A stretch of DNA of 64,000 nucleotides from an uncultured Oscillospiraceae bacterium. Lineage in GTDB: Bacteria; Bacillota; Clostridia; Oscillospirales; Oscillospiraceae. Shown one piece after another: positions 20,363 to 29,078 of this stretch; position 1 is the stretch's first letter; every line of letters starts with the position of its first letter. The notes beneath the pieces were generated by a model. It worked only from the letters and a program-made list of their open reading frames with translations. It was not told where the DNA came from and did no database searches. The stretch spans positions 24,180 through 88,179 of the forward strand of contig CAJOIC010000003.1 in NCBI GenBank assembly GCA_905234625.1. The letters run 5' to 3'. The translations under genes were made by a program, and so were the position numbers.

Positions 20363-21556
20363 ATGAGCTACAACAAGAAAAACGTCACACAGGTCGATGT
20401 GAAGGGCAAAAAGGTCCTGCTCCGCTGCGACTTCAACGTCCCCCAGGACAAGGCCACCGGCGCCATCACCGACGACAAACGCATCCGCGCGGCTCTGCCC
20501 ACCATCCAGTACCTGCTGGATAACGGCGCCGCTGTCATCGCCTGCTCTCACCTGGGCAAGCCCAAGGGCGAGTGGAAGGAATCCCTGACCCTGGCGCCTG
20601 TGGCAGTGCGCCTGAGCGAGCTTCTCGGCAAGCCCGTCACCTTCTGCAAGGACATCATCGGCGAGGATGCCCATGCCAAGGCCGCCGCCGTGAAGCCCGG
20701 CGAGATCGTCCTGCTGGAGAATCTCCGCTTTGACAAGCGGGAGGAGAAGAACGATCCCGAGTTCGCCAAGGAGCTGGCCGATATGGCCGAGCTGTATGTG
20801 TCCGACGCCTTCGGCACCGTGCATCGCGCTCATGCCTCGACCGCCGGCGTCGCGGCGTACCTGCCCGCCGTCTCCGGCTTCCTGATCGGCAAGGAGCTGG
20901 ACATCATGGGCAAGGCTCTGGAGGATCCCGCCCGTCCCTTTGTCGCCATCCTCGGCGGCGCCAAGGTCTCCGATAAGATCGCCGTCATCGAGAACCTCCT
21001 GACGAAGGTGGACAAGATCATCATCGGCGGCGGCATGGCTTATACCTTCGCCAAGGCCCAGGGCTATGAGGTCGGCAACTCTCTCCTGGAGGCCGACAAG
21101 GTCGATTTCGCCAAGGAGATGATCGAGCGCGCCAAGGCAAACGGCGTGGAGTTCCTGCTGCCTGTTGATACCGTGATCGGCAAGGAGTTCGCCGCCGACA
21201 CCGAGGCGAAGACCGTTGCCATCGACGCCATTCCCGAGGGCTGGATGGGTCTCGACATCGGCGAGAAGACCATCGCCCTGTACGAGGACGCCATCAAGGG
21301 CGCCGGTACCGTCGTCTGGAACGGCCCTATGGGCGTTTTCGAGTTCGACCGCTTTGCCGAGGGCACCCGTGCCGTGGCCCGTGCCGTTGCGGCTTCCGGT
21401 GCTGTGAGCATCGTGGGTGGCGGCGACTCTGCGGCGGCTGTGGAGCAGCTGGGCTTTGCCGATAAGATCACCCATATCTCCACCGGCGGCGGCGCCAGCC
21501 TTGAGTTCCTCGAGGGCAAGCAGCTCCCCGGCGTCGTCTGCCTGCAGGACGCGTGA
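20363..21556 (+). CDS. pgk: phosphoglycerate kinase
   Basis: 397 aa with [15 protein letters not shown] and GGGDSAAAV motifs. Confidence 0.95.
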   Translation: MSYNKKNVTQVDVKGKKVLLRCDFNVPQDKATGAITDDKRIRAALPTIQYLLDNGAAVIACSHLGKPKGEWKESLTLAPVAVRLSELLGKPVTFCKDIIGEDAHAKAAAVKPGEIVLLENLRFDKREEKNDPEFAKELADMAELYVSDAFGTVHRAHASTAGVAAYLPAVSGFLIGKELDIMGKALEDPARPFVAILGGAKVSDKIAVIENLLTKVDKIIIGGGMAYTFAKAQGYEVGNSLLEADKVDFAKEMIERAKANGVEFLLPVDTVIGKEFAADTEAKTVAIDAIPEGWMGLDIGEKTIALYEDAIKGAGTVVWNGPMGVFEFDRFAEGTRAVARAVAASGAVSIVGGGDSAAAVEQLGFADKITHISTGGGASLEFLEGKQLPGVVCLQDA

Positions 21557-21566
21557 GGGGACAGAT

Positions 21567-22346
21567 ATGGATAAGAAATTCAGAAAAACGGTGATCGCCG
21601 GAAACTGGAAGATGAACCAGCTGGCCTCCGGCGTCCCCGCGTTCATGGAGACCCTGACGGCGGACCTGACCGTAGGCAAGGGGGAGGAGGCGGTACTGTG
21701 CGTGCCGTTCCCCCTGATCCCCGCCATGAAGGCAGCAGCCGCCGGCACTCCCGTAAAGGTCGGCGCGCAGGACGTCTCCGCCCATGACAAGGGCGCCTAT
21801 ACCGGCGAGGTCTCCGCCGACATGCTGGCGGATCTGGGTGTCGATTTCTGCATCATCGGCCACTCCGAGCGCCGCGCGTACCACGCCGAGAGCGATGAGC
21901 TGGTAAACGAGAAGCTGAAGGTCCTCCTGGCGAAGGGAATAACCCCAATCGTCTGCGTGGGCGAGAGCCTGGAGCAGCGGGACGCGGGGGAGACCCTGCG
22001 GATCGTCTCCACCCAGGTCCAGGCTGCCTTCCAGGGCGTTTCCGCTGAGGAGGCCCGGGGCATCGTGGTGGCTTATGAGCCCATCTGGGCTATCGGCACC
22101 GGCCGTACCGCCACCTCCGAGCAGGCCCAGGAGGTCTGCAGCTTCATCCGCGAGTATCTCGCGGAGAAGGTCTATGACTGGGATACCTCCAAGGCCATCA
22201 GCATCCTCTATGGCGGCAGCATGAACGGCAAGAACTGCGCGGAGCTTCTGGCGCAGATGGATATCGACGGCGGCCTCATCGGCGGCGCGAGCCTCAAGCC
22301 CGCGGAGTTTGCCTCCATGATAAAGGCGGGCAGCGAAGATGCCTAA
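21567..22346 (+). CDS. tpiA: triose-phosphate isomerase
   Basis: Starts MDKKFRKTVIAGNWKMN. Has IGHSERR and AYEPIWAIGTG. The ATG at 21567 was chosen over the ORF-track extension into pgk. Confidence 0.93.
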   Translation: MDKKFRKTVIAGNWKMNQLASGVPAFMETLTADLTVGKGEEAVLCVPFPLIPAMKAAAAGTPVKVGAQDVSAHDKGAYTGEVSADMLADLGVDFCIIGHSERRAYHAESDELVNEKLKVLLAKGITPIVCVGESLEQRDAGETLRIVSTQVQAAFQGVSAEEARGIVVAYEPIWAIGTGRTATSEQAQEVCSFIREYLAEKVYDWDTSKAISILYGGSMNGKNCAELLAQMDIDGGLIGGASLKPAEFASMIKAGSEDA

Positions 22347-23862
22347 GAAGACCATCGTACTGTGTATCATGGACGGCTGCGGCATCGCAGACCCGGGGCC
22401 CTGGAACGCCGTCACCGAGGCGAACACCCCGAACCTGGACCGCTTGACTGCCGTCTGCCCTCATTCTCAGCTCCAGGCCAGCGCGGAGGACGTAGGTCTT
22501 CCCGCGGGCCAGATCGGAAACTCCGAGGTGGGCCATACCAACATCGGCGCAGGCCGTGTCGTATATCAGATCCTTCCCCGCATCTCCAACGCGGTGGAGG
22601 ACGGCAGCTTCTTTGAAAACCCCGCTTACGGTGAGGCTATGGACAAGGCCGCGGCCACGGGGCATCCCGTGCACGTTTTGGGCCTGCTCTCCGACGGCGG
22701 CGTCCACAGCCACATCACCCACCTCTTCGCCCTTATAGAGATGGCGAAGCGCCGGGGCGTAAAGCAGTGCTATGTCCACGCCTTCCTGGACGGACGGGAT
22801 GTCCCGCCCACCTCCGGTATTGACTATGTGAAGGCGCTGCTGGCCAAGTGCGGCGAGCTGGGCTACGGTAAGCTCGCAACGGTCCAGGGCCGCTTCTGGG
22901 GCATGGACCGGGATAAGCGTTGGGACCGTGTGGAGAAGGGCTATCGCGCCATCGTCTGCGGCGAGGGCGTGCAGAACGCCGATCCCGCCGCGGCGGTGCA
23001 GGCGAGCTACGACGCCGGCGTTACCGACGAGTTTATGGAGCCTACTGTATGTGATCCCGAGGGGACCGTGGGAGAGGGGGATTCCGTGATCTTCCTGAAC
23101 TTCCGTCCCGACCGCGCAAGAGAGATGACCTGGGCGCTGAACAAGCCCGACTTTGACGGATTCCCGCTGCCGAAGGGCCATTTCGACGTGAACTACGTCT
23201 GCACGGCGCAGTACGACGAGACCATGACGGAGCTTCCCATCGCCTTCCCGCCGGAGGCCATCGTGGAGACCTTCGGCGACTACCTCAGCGAGAACGGCAT
23301 GACCCAGCTCCGCATCGCGGAGACGGAGAAATACGCTCACGTCACCTTCTTCTTCAACGGCGGTGTGGAGCGCGTCTGCGAGGGAGAGGACCGCATTCTG
23401 GTCCCCAGTCCCAAGGAGTATCCCACCTATGACCTCATCCCCGAGATGAGCGCCCGGGAGGTCACCGCCAAGGCCGCCGAGGCCATACGCTCCGGAAAAT
23501 ACGACGCGGTCATCATGAACCTGGCCAACTGCGATATGGTGGGCCATACCGGCGTCATGGAGGCGGCGGTGAAGGCTGTGGAGACCGTGGACGAGTGCGT
23601 GGGCGAGATCGAGAAGGCCGTGTCCGACGTGGGAGGGATCCTGCTGGTCACCGCGGACCACGGCAACGCCGACTGCATGCGCGCGCCGGACGGTACGCCC
23701 CATACGGCCCATACCACGAATCCCGTGCCCTTCATCATCGTCGGCGCCGGGGATCTGAAGCTGAAGGACGGCCGTCTGGCGGACATCGCCCCCACAATGC
23801 TGGCGTTGATGGGCCTTGCCCAGCCGAAGGAAATGACCGGCGTATGCCTCATTGAGAAGTAA
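22339..23862 (+). CDS. gpmI: 2,3-bisphosphoglycerate-independent phosphoglycerate mutase
   Basis: 507 aa with GNSEVGH, DGGVHSH and ADHGNA motifs. Confidence 0.93.
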   Translation: MPKKTIVLCIMDGCGIADPGPWNAVTEANTPNLDRLTAVCPHSQLQASAEDVGLPAGQIGNSEVGHTNIGAGRVVYQILPRISNAVEDGSFFENPAYGEAMDKAAATGHPVHVLGLLSDGGVHSHITHLFALIEMAKRRGVKQCYVHAFLDGRDVPPTSGIDYVKALLAKCGELGYGKLATVQGRFWGMDRDKRWDRVEKGYRAIVCGEGVQNADPAAAVQASYDAGVTDEFMEPTVCDPEGTVGEGDSVIFLNFRPDRAREMTWALNKPDFDGFPLPKGHFDVNYVCTAQYDETMTELPIAFPPEAIVETFGDYLSENGMTQLRIAETEKYAHVTFFFNGGVERVCEGEDRILVPSPKEYPTYDLIPEMSAREVTAKAAEAIRSGKYDAVIMNLANCDMVGHTGVMEAAVKAVETVDECVGEIEKAVSDVGGILLVTADHGNADCMRAPDGTPHTAHTTNPVPFIIVGAGDLKLKDGRLADIAPTMLALMGLAQPKEMTGVCLIEK

Positions 23863-23885
23863 ACAAACCATACAATATATTTTAA

Positions 23886-25163
<1,278 letters not shown>

Positions 25164-25191
25164 TTTGAGCTGATACAGCAAACTTCTGAAT

Positions 25192-25237
25192 AAATAGGTG
25201 TTTCCGCGGCAACAATAGCCTGTGGAAACACCTATTT
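25192..25237 (+). terminator. putative terminator after eno
   Basis: 14-bp stem aaataggtgtttcc / ggaaacacctattt with an 18-nt loop. Confidence 0.55.
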
Positions 25238-25253
25238 CATTTGGAGGTCGACA

Positions 25254-25982
25254 ATGGAAAACAAAAAAGGGTCCGGCGGACTGGCCGGAGCCATGGCGGG
25301 GAAGGGCTTCTACATAGTCCTTTTCCTATGCGCGGCGGTGATCGTGGCTGCGGCCTGGATCATGGCGGCGGGGACTCATGTAGAAGAAACGGAAACAGCG
25401 GAGAACAAGGTGGATATCTCGGACGCGGTGGTGACGATGCTCCCGGCAGGTACGCCTATGGAGGAGGATTCGACGGCGGTGATGTCCCAAACCGAACCGG
25501 AAGAGGAGGAGATCTTCACGGAGGACGGGGAGGACGCGGCGGAAGTATTCTATGCCGATGAGATATCCTATGTCTGGCCGGTGCGGGGCGAGATCGAGGT
25601 GCCCTACGCGGTGGAGACTCTCCTGTACGACGCCACCATGGCGGACTGGCGCACCCATAACGGTGTGGATATCGCCTGCGTAGCGGGAGAGCCGGTCATG
25701 GCAGCCGCCGGAGGCACCGTGGTCAGCGTGAGCAGCGATGACCTTTACGGAACGATGGTGGAGATCGACCACGGCAACGGTGTCCGCAGCATCTACGCAA
25801 ACCTGGCGGAAGAACCCACAGTTTCCGAAGGCGACTGGGTCACCATGGGACAGGTCATCGGGTCCGTGGGCTCTACAGCCCTGGCGGAGACGAATGTGGT
25901 GCCCCATCTGCACCTGGCGATGTCCAGAGACGGACGGCCTCTGGATCCGACGGAACTCCTTCCGGAGCTGTCCTGGGAATAA
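25254..25982 (+). CDS. M23-family metallopeptidase (LytM domain)
   Basis: N-terminal transmembrane segment. C-terminal domain carries HNGVDI and HLHLAM metal-binding motifs. Confidence 0.85.
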   Translation: MENKKGSGGLAGAMAGKGFYIVLFLCAAVIVAAAWIMAAGTHVEETETAENKVDISDAVVTMLPAGTPMEEDSTAVMSQTEPEEEEIFTEDGEDAAEVFYADEISYVWPVRGEIEVPYAVETLLYDATMADWRTHNGVDIACVAGEPVMAAAGGTVVSVSSDDLYGTMVEIDHGNGVRSIYANLAEEPTVSEGDWVTMGQVIGSVGSTALAETNVVPHLHLAMSRDGRPLDPTELLPELSWE

Positions 25983-25987
25983 CCGAA

Positions 25988-26014
25988 AAACGGCGGTCTC
26001 ACCGCCGTTTTTTA
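25988..26014 (+). terminator. intrinsic terminator after the M23 peptidase gene
   Basis: Stem cggcgg / ccgccg with loop tctca, followed by ttttttaa. Confidence 0.7.
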
Positions 26015-26063
26015 ATGCTATGAACATCAGAAGGGCAGTCCCGGGAGGGGACTGCCTTTGGTG

Positions 26064-26312
26064 TCAACAGGTGGGGGTGAATTTCTGCTTCATCTGCTGG
26101 AGCTTCTGCGCCGGAGCGTTTTCGGTCTGGTACCAGCCCTTTGCGGTCATCTGCTGATAGATGGTGTCGCCCATGGAGAGGGCGTCGTCAAAAGCGCTGG
26201 AAAACGCCTGACGCACGTTGGCGGTGCTGGATTCCACCGCACCGTGCATATACAGGTCAATAGCGCCTTTCGTGGTCAGCAGAAGGTTTTCCATGATGCA
26301 TCTGTCGTCCAT
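26064..26312 (-). CDS. Coat F-domain (CotF-like) spore coat protein
   Basis: 82 aa starting MDDRCIMENLLLTTKGAIDLYMHGAVES, resembling the Coat_F family. Start taken at the internal ATG at 26312. Confidence 0.7.
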   Translation of the reverse strand: MDDRCIMENLLLTTKGAIDLYMHGAVESSTANVRQAFSSAFDDALSMGDTIYQQMTAKGWYQTENAPAQKLQQMKQKFTPTC

Positions 26313-26322
26313 GTTTTTCTCC

Positions 26323-26496
26323 TTACACAAGATTGTAGAATTTGCGATACACCTGACGGTGCCGGTCGGCCATCTGCTGGGCCTGGAGCTTGAGGGTGCT
26401 GTCCTGGAGCTGGTCCGCCGCTGTCTGGAACTGGGTCGCCAGAAACTGCGCGTGGGAGAGAGCGTCATCCAGATAGAGCATTTCCTTTGTCGTCAT
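26323..26496 (-). CDS. small helical protein paired with the CotF-like gene
   Basis: 57 aa (MTTKEMLYLDDALSHAQFLATQF...), 10 nt upstream of the CotF-like gene. This is a common two-gene arrangement in Clostridia. Confidence 0.55.
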   Translation of the reverse strand: MTTKEMLYLDDALSHAQFLATQFQTAADQLQDSTLKLQAQQMADRHRQVYRKFYNLV

Positions 26497-26633
26497 CCGA
26501 TTCTCCTTTCTGCCGCTTTGCAAGCGGCGCGTCCTGGATGGTGATCGCGCTGCGATCATCTCATTTGAAGTATCTCCCCAAAATGGTAAAAATATGCTAT
26601 ATTGTAGAGGAATACGTTTGCGAGGTAAAAAAC

Positions 26634-27464
26634 ATGAAGCTTGTCACGTTTTTTTATGAAGGGAAGGAGCTCGTCGGAGCGCTGACGGAGACGGGGATAG
26701 CGCCGCTGCGGGACTATGCCTCCATGACGGAGCTCATCCGCGCCGGGATTCCGGCGTCCCTGCCGGAGGAGAGGATCGACGCGGATGCTGTCCGGATCCT
26801 GGCGCCGATACCGCGGCCGAAACAGGATCTCATCTGTCTGGGCATGAATTTTGCCGACCACACGGAGGAGGCTGCGCGCTTTCACCCCACTATGGTCCGG
26901 GAGAGCTATGCTGTGTATTTCTCCAAGCGGGTGAATGAGGCCGTTCCCGACGGCGGAGCCATCGACAGCCACCCGGACGTCACCCGGAAGGTGGACTATG
27001 AGGCGGAGGTCGCCTTCATTTTGGGAAAGGACGCCTATCGGGTCCCGGCGGACAGGGCGGGGGAGTATGTGTTCGGTTATACCATCGTGAACGACGTCAG
27101 CGCCCGGGAGGTCCAGACGCGGCACAAGCAGTTCTATCTTGGCAAGAGCCTGGATTCCTTCACTCCCATGGGTCCCTGCATTGTGACGGCGGACGAATTT
27201 GCCTTCCCGCCGGAGATCGGCATCCGCTGCAGCGTGAACGGAGAGCTCCGTCAGAACGGAAACACCCGGCAGTGGATCTATGGAATACAGGATGTAATCG
27301 AAGATCTCTCCGCAGGCATGACGCTGAAGGCCGGAACGATCATCTCCATGGGAACGCCGGCGGGAGTCGGCATGGGCTTCGATCCCCCCAAATTCCTGAA
27401 AAAAGGTGACGTTGTGCGGTGTGAGGCGGAAGGTATTGGCATTTTGACGAATTTTGTCGAATGA
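26634..27464 (+). CDS. fumarylacetoacetate hydrolase family protein
   Basis: FAH-fold C-terminal domain (DYEAEVAFILGKD, GTPAGVG). ATG at 26634 follows GAGG. Confidence 0.88.
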   Translation: MKLVTFFYEGKELVGALTETGIAPLRDYASMTELIRAGIPASLPEERIDADAVRILAPIPRPKQDLICLGMNFADHTEEAARFHPTMVRESYAVYFSKRVNEAVPDGGAIDSHPDVTRKVDYEAEVAFILGKDAYRVPADRAGEYVFGYTIVNDVSAREVQTRHKQFYLGKSLDSFTPMGPCIVTADEFAFPPEIGIRCSVNGELRQNGNTRQWIYGIQDVIEDLSAGMTLKAGTIISMGTPAGVGMGFDPPKFLKKGDVVRCEAEGIGILTNFVE

Positions 27465-27556
27465 AGTTAACATAAATTACAATAGAAACGCACTTTTTGA
27501 TACACTTTGACCGACCGGACTCCTTCTGAGTATTGCGGTCTGAAGATAAAACAGAG

Positions 27557-27591
27557 CTCCGCCGCAGGATAATATGTGTCCTGCGGCGGAG
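27557..27591 (+). terminator. intrinsic terminator after the FAH-family gene
   Basis: 13-bp stem ctccgccgcagga / tcctgcggcggag, followed by aatttgtt. Confidence 0.6.
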
Positions 27592-27698
27592 AATTTGTTA
27601 GAAAAATCAAAAAAAGACTTGTAAAATGGTCAGGAAGGATTATAATTAATCTTAAAGAAAATGATTTGCTTTATCAATATTACTAATAAGGAAGATCC

Positions 27699-28580
27699 AT
27701 GAGAACATCACGTTACGAAGTTTTTTTGAAGATCGTTGAGACCCAGAGTCTGACGAAGACGGCGGCCTATTTTGGCTGCACACAGTCCGCGGTGAGCCAG
27801 CTGGTAAAGGCGCTGGAGTCCGAGCTGGGCGTGTCCCTGCTCATCCGGAGCAAGGCTGGCGTGCGCCTGACGGCCGAGGGAGAGTATCTGCTGCCCGGTA
27901 TGCGTCAGATCGTATCCGGTGAACGGAGCGTCTTTGAGCGCTCTCTGGAGCTCCAGAACATGAATGTTGGCCTGATCCGTATTGGGATCTTCACGAGCCT
28001 TTCCTGCCAATGGCTGCCGCCCTATCTGAAGCGTTTTCGGCAGCAGTATCCCAACATCGGATTCGAGCTGCTCCAGGGGGACGTGACCCAGATCTCAGAC
28101 TGGCTGCGCAACGGGATCGTTGACATCGGCTTCATGACGCCTCCGGAATCGGACGAATTCTATTTTCGGGAGTTGCTGGCGGATCGCATGAACATCGTCC
28201 TGCCGCCGGAGCATCCTATGGCAAACGGCCCTGTGTCCCTCAGAGACCTGCGTGAGGAGACGTTCGTTCTCCTGGAGTCCGGATACAGCCTCATCACAGA
28301 AAAGATGTTCCAGGAGGCCGGAATGCGCCCGAAACAGCAATATACGGTGAAGGATGACTACACCGTCATGTCCATGGTAGAGAGCGGCCTTGGCGTGAGC
28401 CTGCTGCCGGAGCTCATGCTCCAGCGCAGTCCGTACAGGCTCTATGCCTATCCCGCGGAGCCGGCGTTCTATCGACACCTGGGCGTCTCCTGGCTCAAGA
28501 AAGAGCAGAACAGCGTGGCTGTGAATAAATTCGTGCAGCAGCTCCTGCGTGAGATGGGGCAGGAGGAAGAGAAGGTATAA
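27699..28580 (+). CDS. LysR-family transcriptional regulator
   Basis: N-terminal helix-turn-helix (FLKIVETQSLTKTAAYFGCTQSAVSQLVKALE) and a LysR substrate-binding domain. Confidence 0.9.
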   Translation: MRTSRYEVFLKIVETQSLTKTAAYFGCTQSAVSQLVKALESELGVSLLIRSKAGVRLTAEGEYLLPGMRQIVSGERSVFERSLELQNMNVGLIRIGIFTSLSCQWLPPYLKRFRQQYPNIGFELLQGDVTQISDWLRNGIVDIGFMTPPESDEFYFRELLADRMNIVLPPEHPMANGPVSLRDLREETFVLLESGYSLITEKMFQEAGMRPKQQYTVKDDYTVMSMVESGLGVSLLPELMLQRSPYRLYAYPAEPAFYRHLGVSWLKKEQNSVAVNKFVQQLLREMGQEEEKV

Positions 28581-28589
28581 TATAAAAAC

Positions 28590-28618
28590 GGCCGGAGAGA
28601 CGAGCGATCTCTCCGGCC
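28590..28618. terminator. hairpin after lysR
   Basis: 10-bp stem ggccggagag / ctctccggcc. The T-run is clear only on the minus strand. Confidence 0.45.
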
Positions 28619-28635
28619 AAACTGTGTTTATAGAA

Positions 28636-28665
28636 ACAAAAAACTCCCGTTCGTATGAACGAGAG
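28636..28665 (-). terminator. intrinsic terminator of the tRNA operon
   Basis: Minus strand reads ctctcgttc-atac-gaacgggag followed by ttttttg, directly after the tRNA-Glu 3' end. Confidence 0.6.
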
Positions 28666-28740
28666 TGGTGACCCGTACGGGACTCGAACCCATGTTACCG
28701 CCGTGAAAGGGCGGTGTCTTAACCACTTGACCAACGGGCC
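28666..28740 (-). tRNA. tRNA-Glu (anticodon UUC)
   Basis: Reverse complement GGCCCGTTGGTCAAGTGGTTAAGACACCGCCCTTTCACGGCGG...GGTTCGAGTCCC...CCA folds as a cloverleaf. Anticodon loop is CTTTCAC. Confidence 0.9.
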
Positions 28741-28748
28741 GAAGAAAA

Positions 28749-28825
28749 TGGTGGAGACTGCGCGACTCGAACGCGCGACCTCATGCGTGTGAAGCATGCG
28801 CTCTAACCTGCTGAGCTAAGCCTCC
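28749..28825 (-). tRNA. tRNA-Val (anticodon CAC)
   Basis: Reverse complement is GGAGGCTTAGCTCAGCAGGTTAGAGCGCATGCTTCACACGCATGAGGTCGCGCGTTCGAGTCGCGCAGTCTCCACCA. Anticodon loop is TTCACAC. Confidence 0.9.
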
Positions 28826-28857
28826 ACAAGGAACGGGGGAGAGGAGCTCTCCCCCCA

Positions 28858-28934
28858 TGGTAGCGGTGACTGGATTCGAACCGGTGACACTTCGGGTATG
28901 AACCGAATGCTCTAGCCAACTGAGCTACACCGCC
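28858..28934 (-). tRNA. tRNA-Met (anticodon CAU, elongator-like)
   Basis: Reverse complement is GGCGGTGTAGCTCAGTTGGCTAGAGCATTCGGTTCATACCCGAAGTGTCACCGGTTCGAATCCAGTCACCGCTACCA. A lysidine-modified tRNA-Ile2 cannot be excluded from sequence alone. Confidence 0.85.
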
Positions 28935-28948
28935 AAACAGCATTAGAA

Positions 28949-28977
28949 ATTGTACCAGACAATTAGGTTACTGTCAA
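28949..28977 (-). promoter_or_regulatory. sigma-A promoter of the tRNA operon
   Basis: Minus strand reads TTGACA, 17 nt, TACAAT, ending about 15 nt upstream of the tRNA-Met 5' end. Confidence 0.7.
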
Positions 28978-29009
28978 GTATTTTCAGCTCATTTTTCGCC
29001 GCATTTTAC

Positions 29010-29036
29010 AAAAACGGGGGAGCGCGATGCTCCCCC
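29010..29036 (-). terminator. intrinsic terminator of the large secreted-protein gene
   Basis: Minus strand reads gggggagc-atcgc-gctccccc followed by gtttttg, about 40 nt after the stop at 29079. Confidence 0.75.
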
Positions 29037-29078
29037 GCCTTTATATTTATTTGGAAGAATCGATAGGGTCGGGCGATG

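Noticed and set aside
28581-29078. The tRNA cluster as an integration hotspot, with xerD as a phage-type integrase that might mark a mobile island.
   Set aside because: I saw no direct repeat of any tRNA 3' end, and no phage, transposase or conjugation genes. The recombinase at 54208 has the XerD-type architecture and lies about 25 kb away among housekeeping genes.
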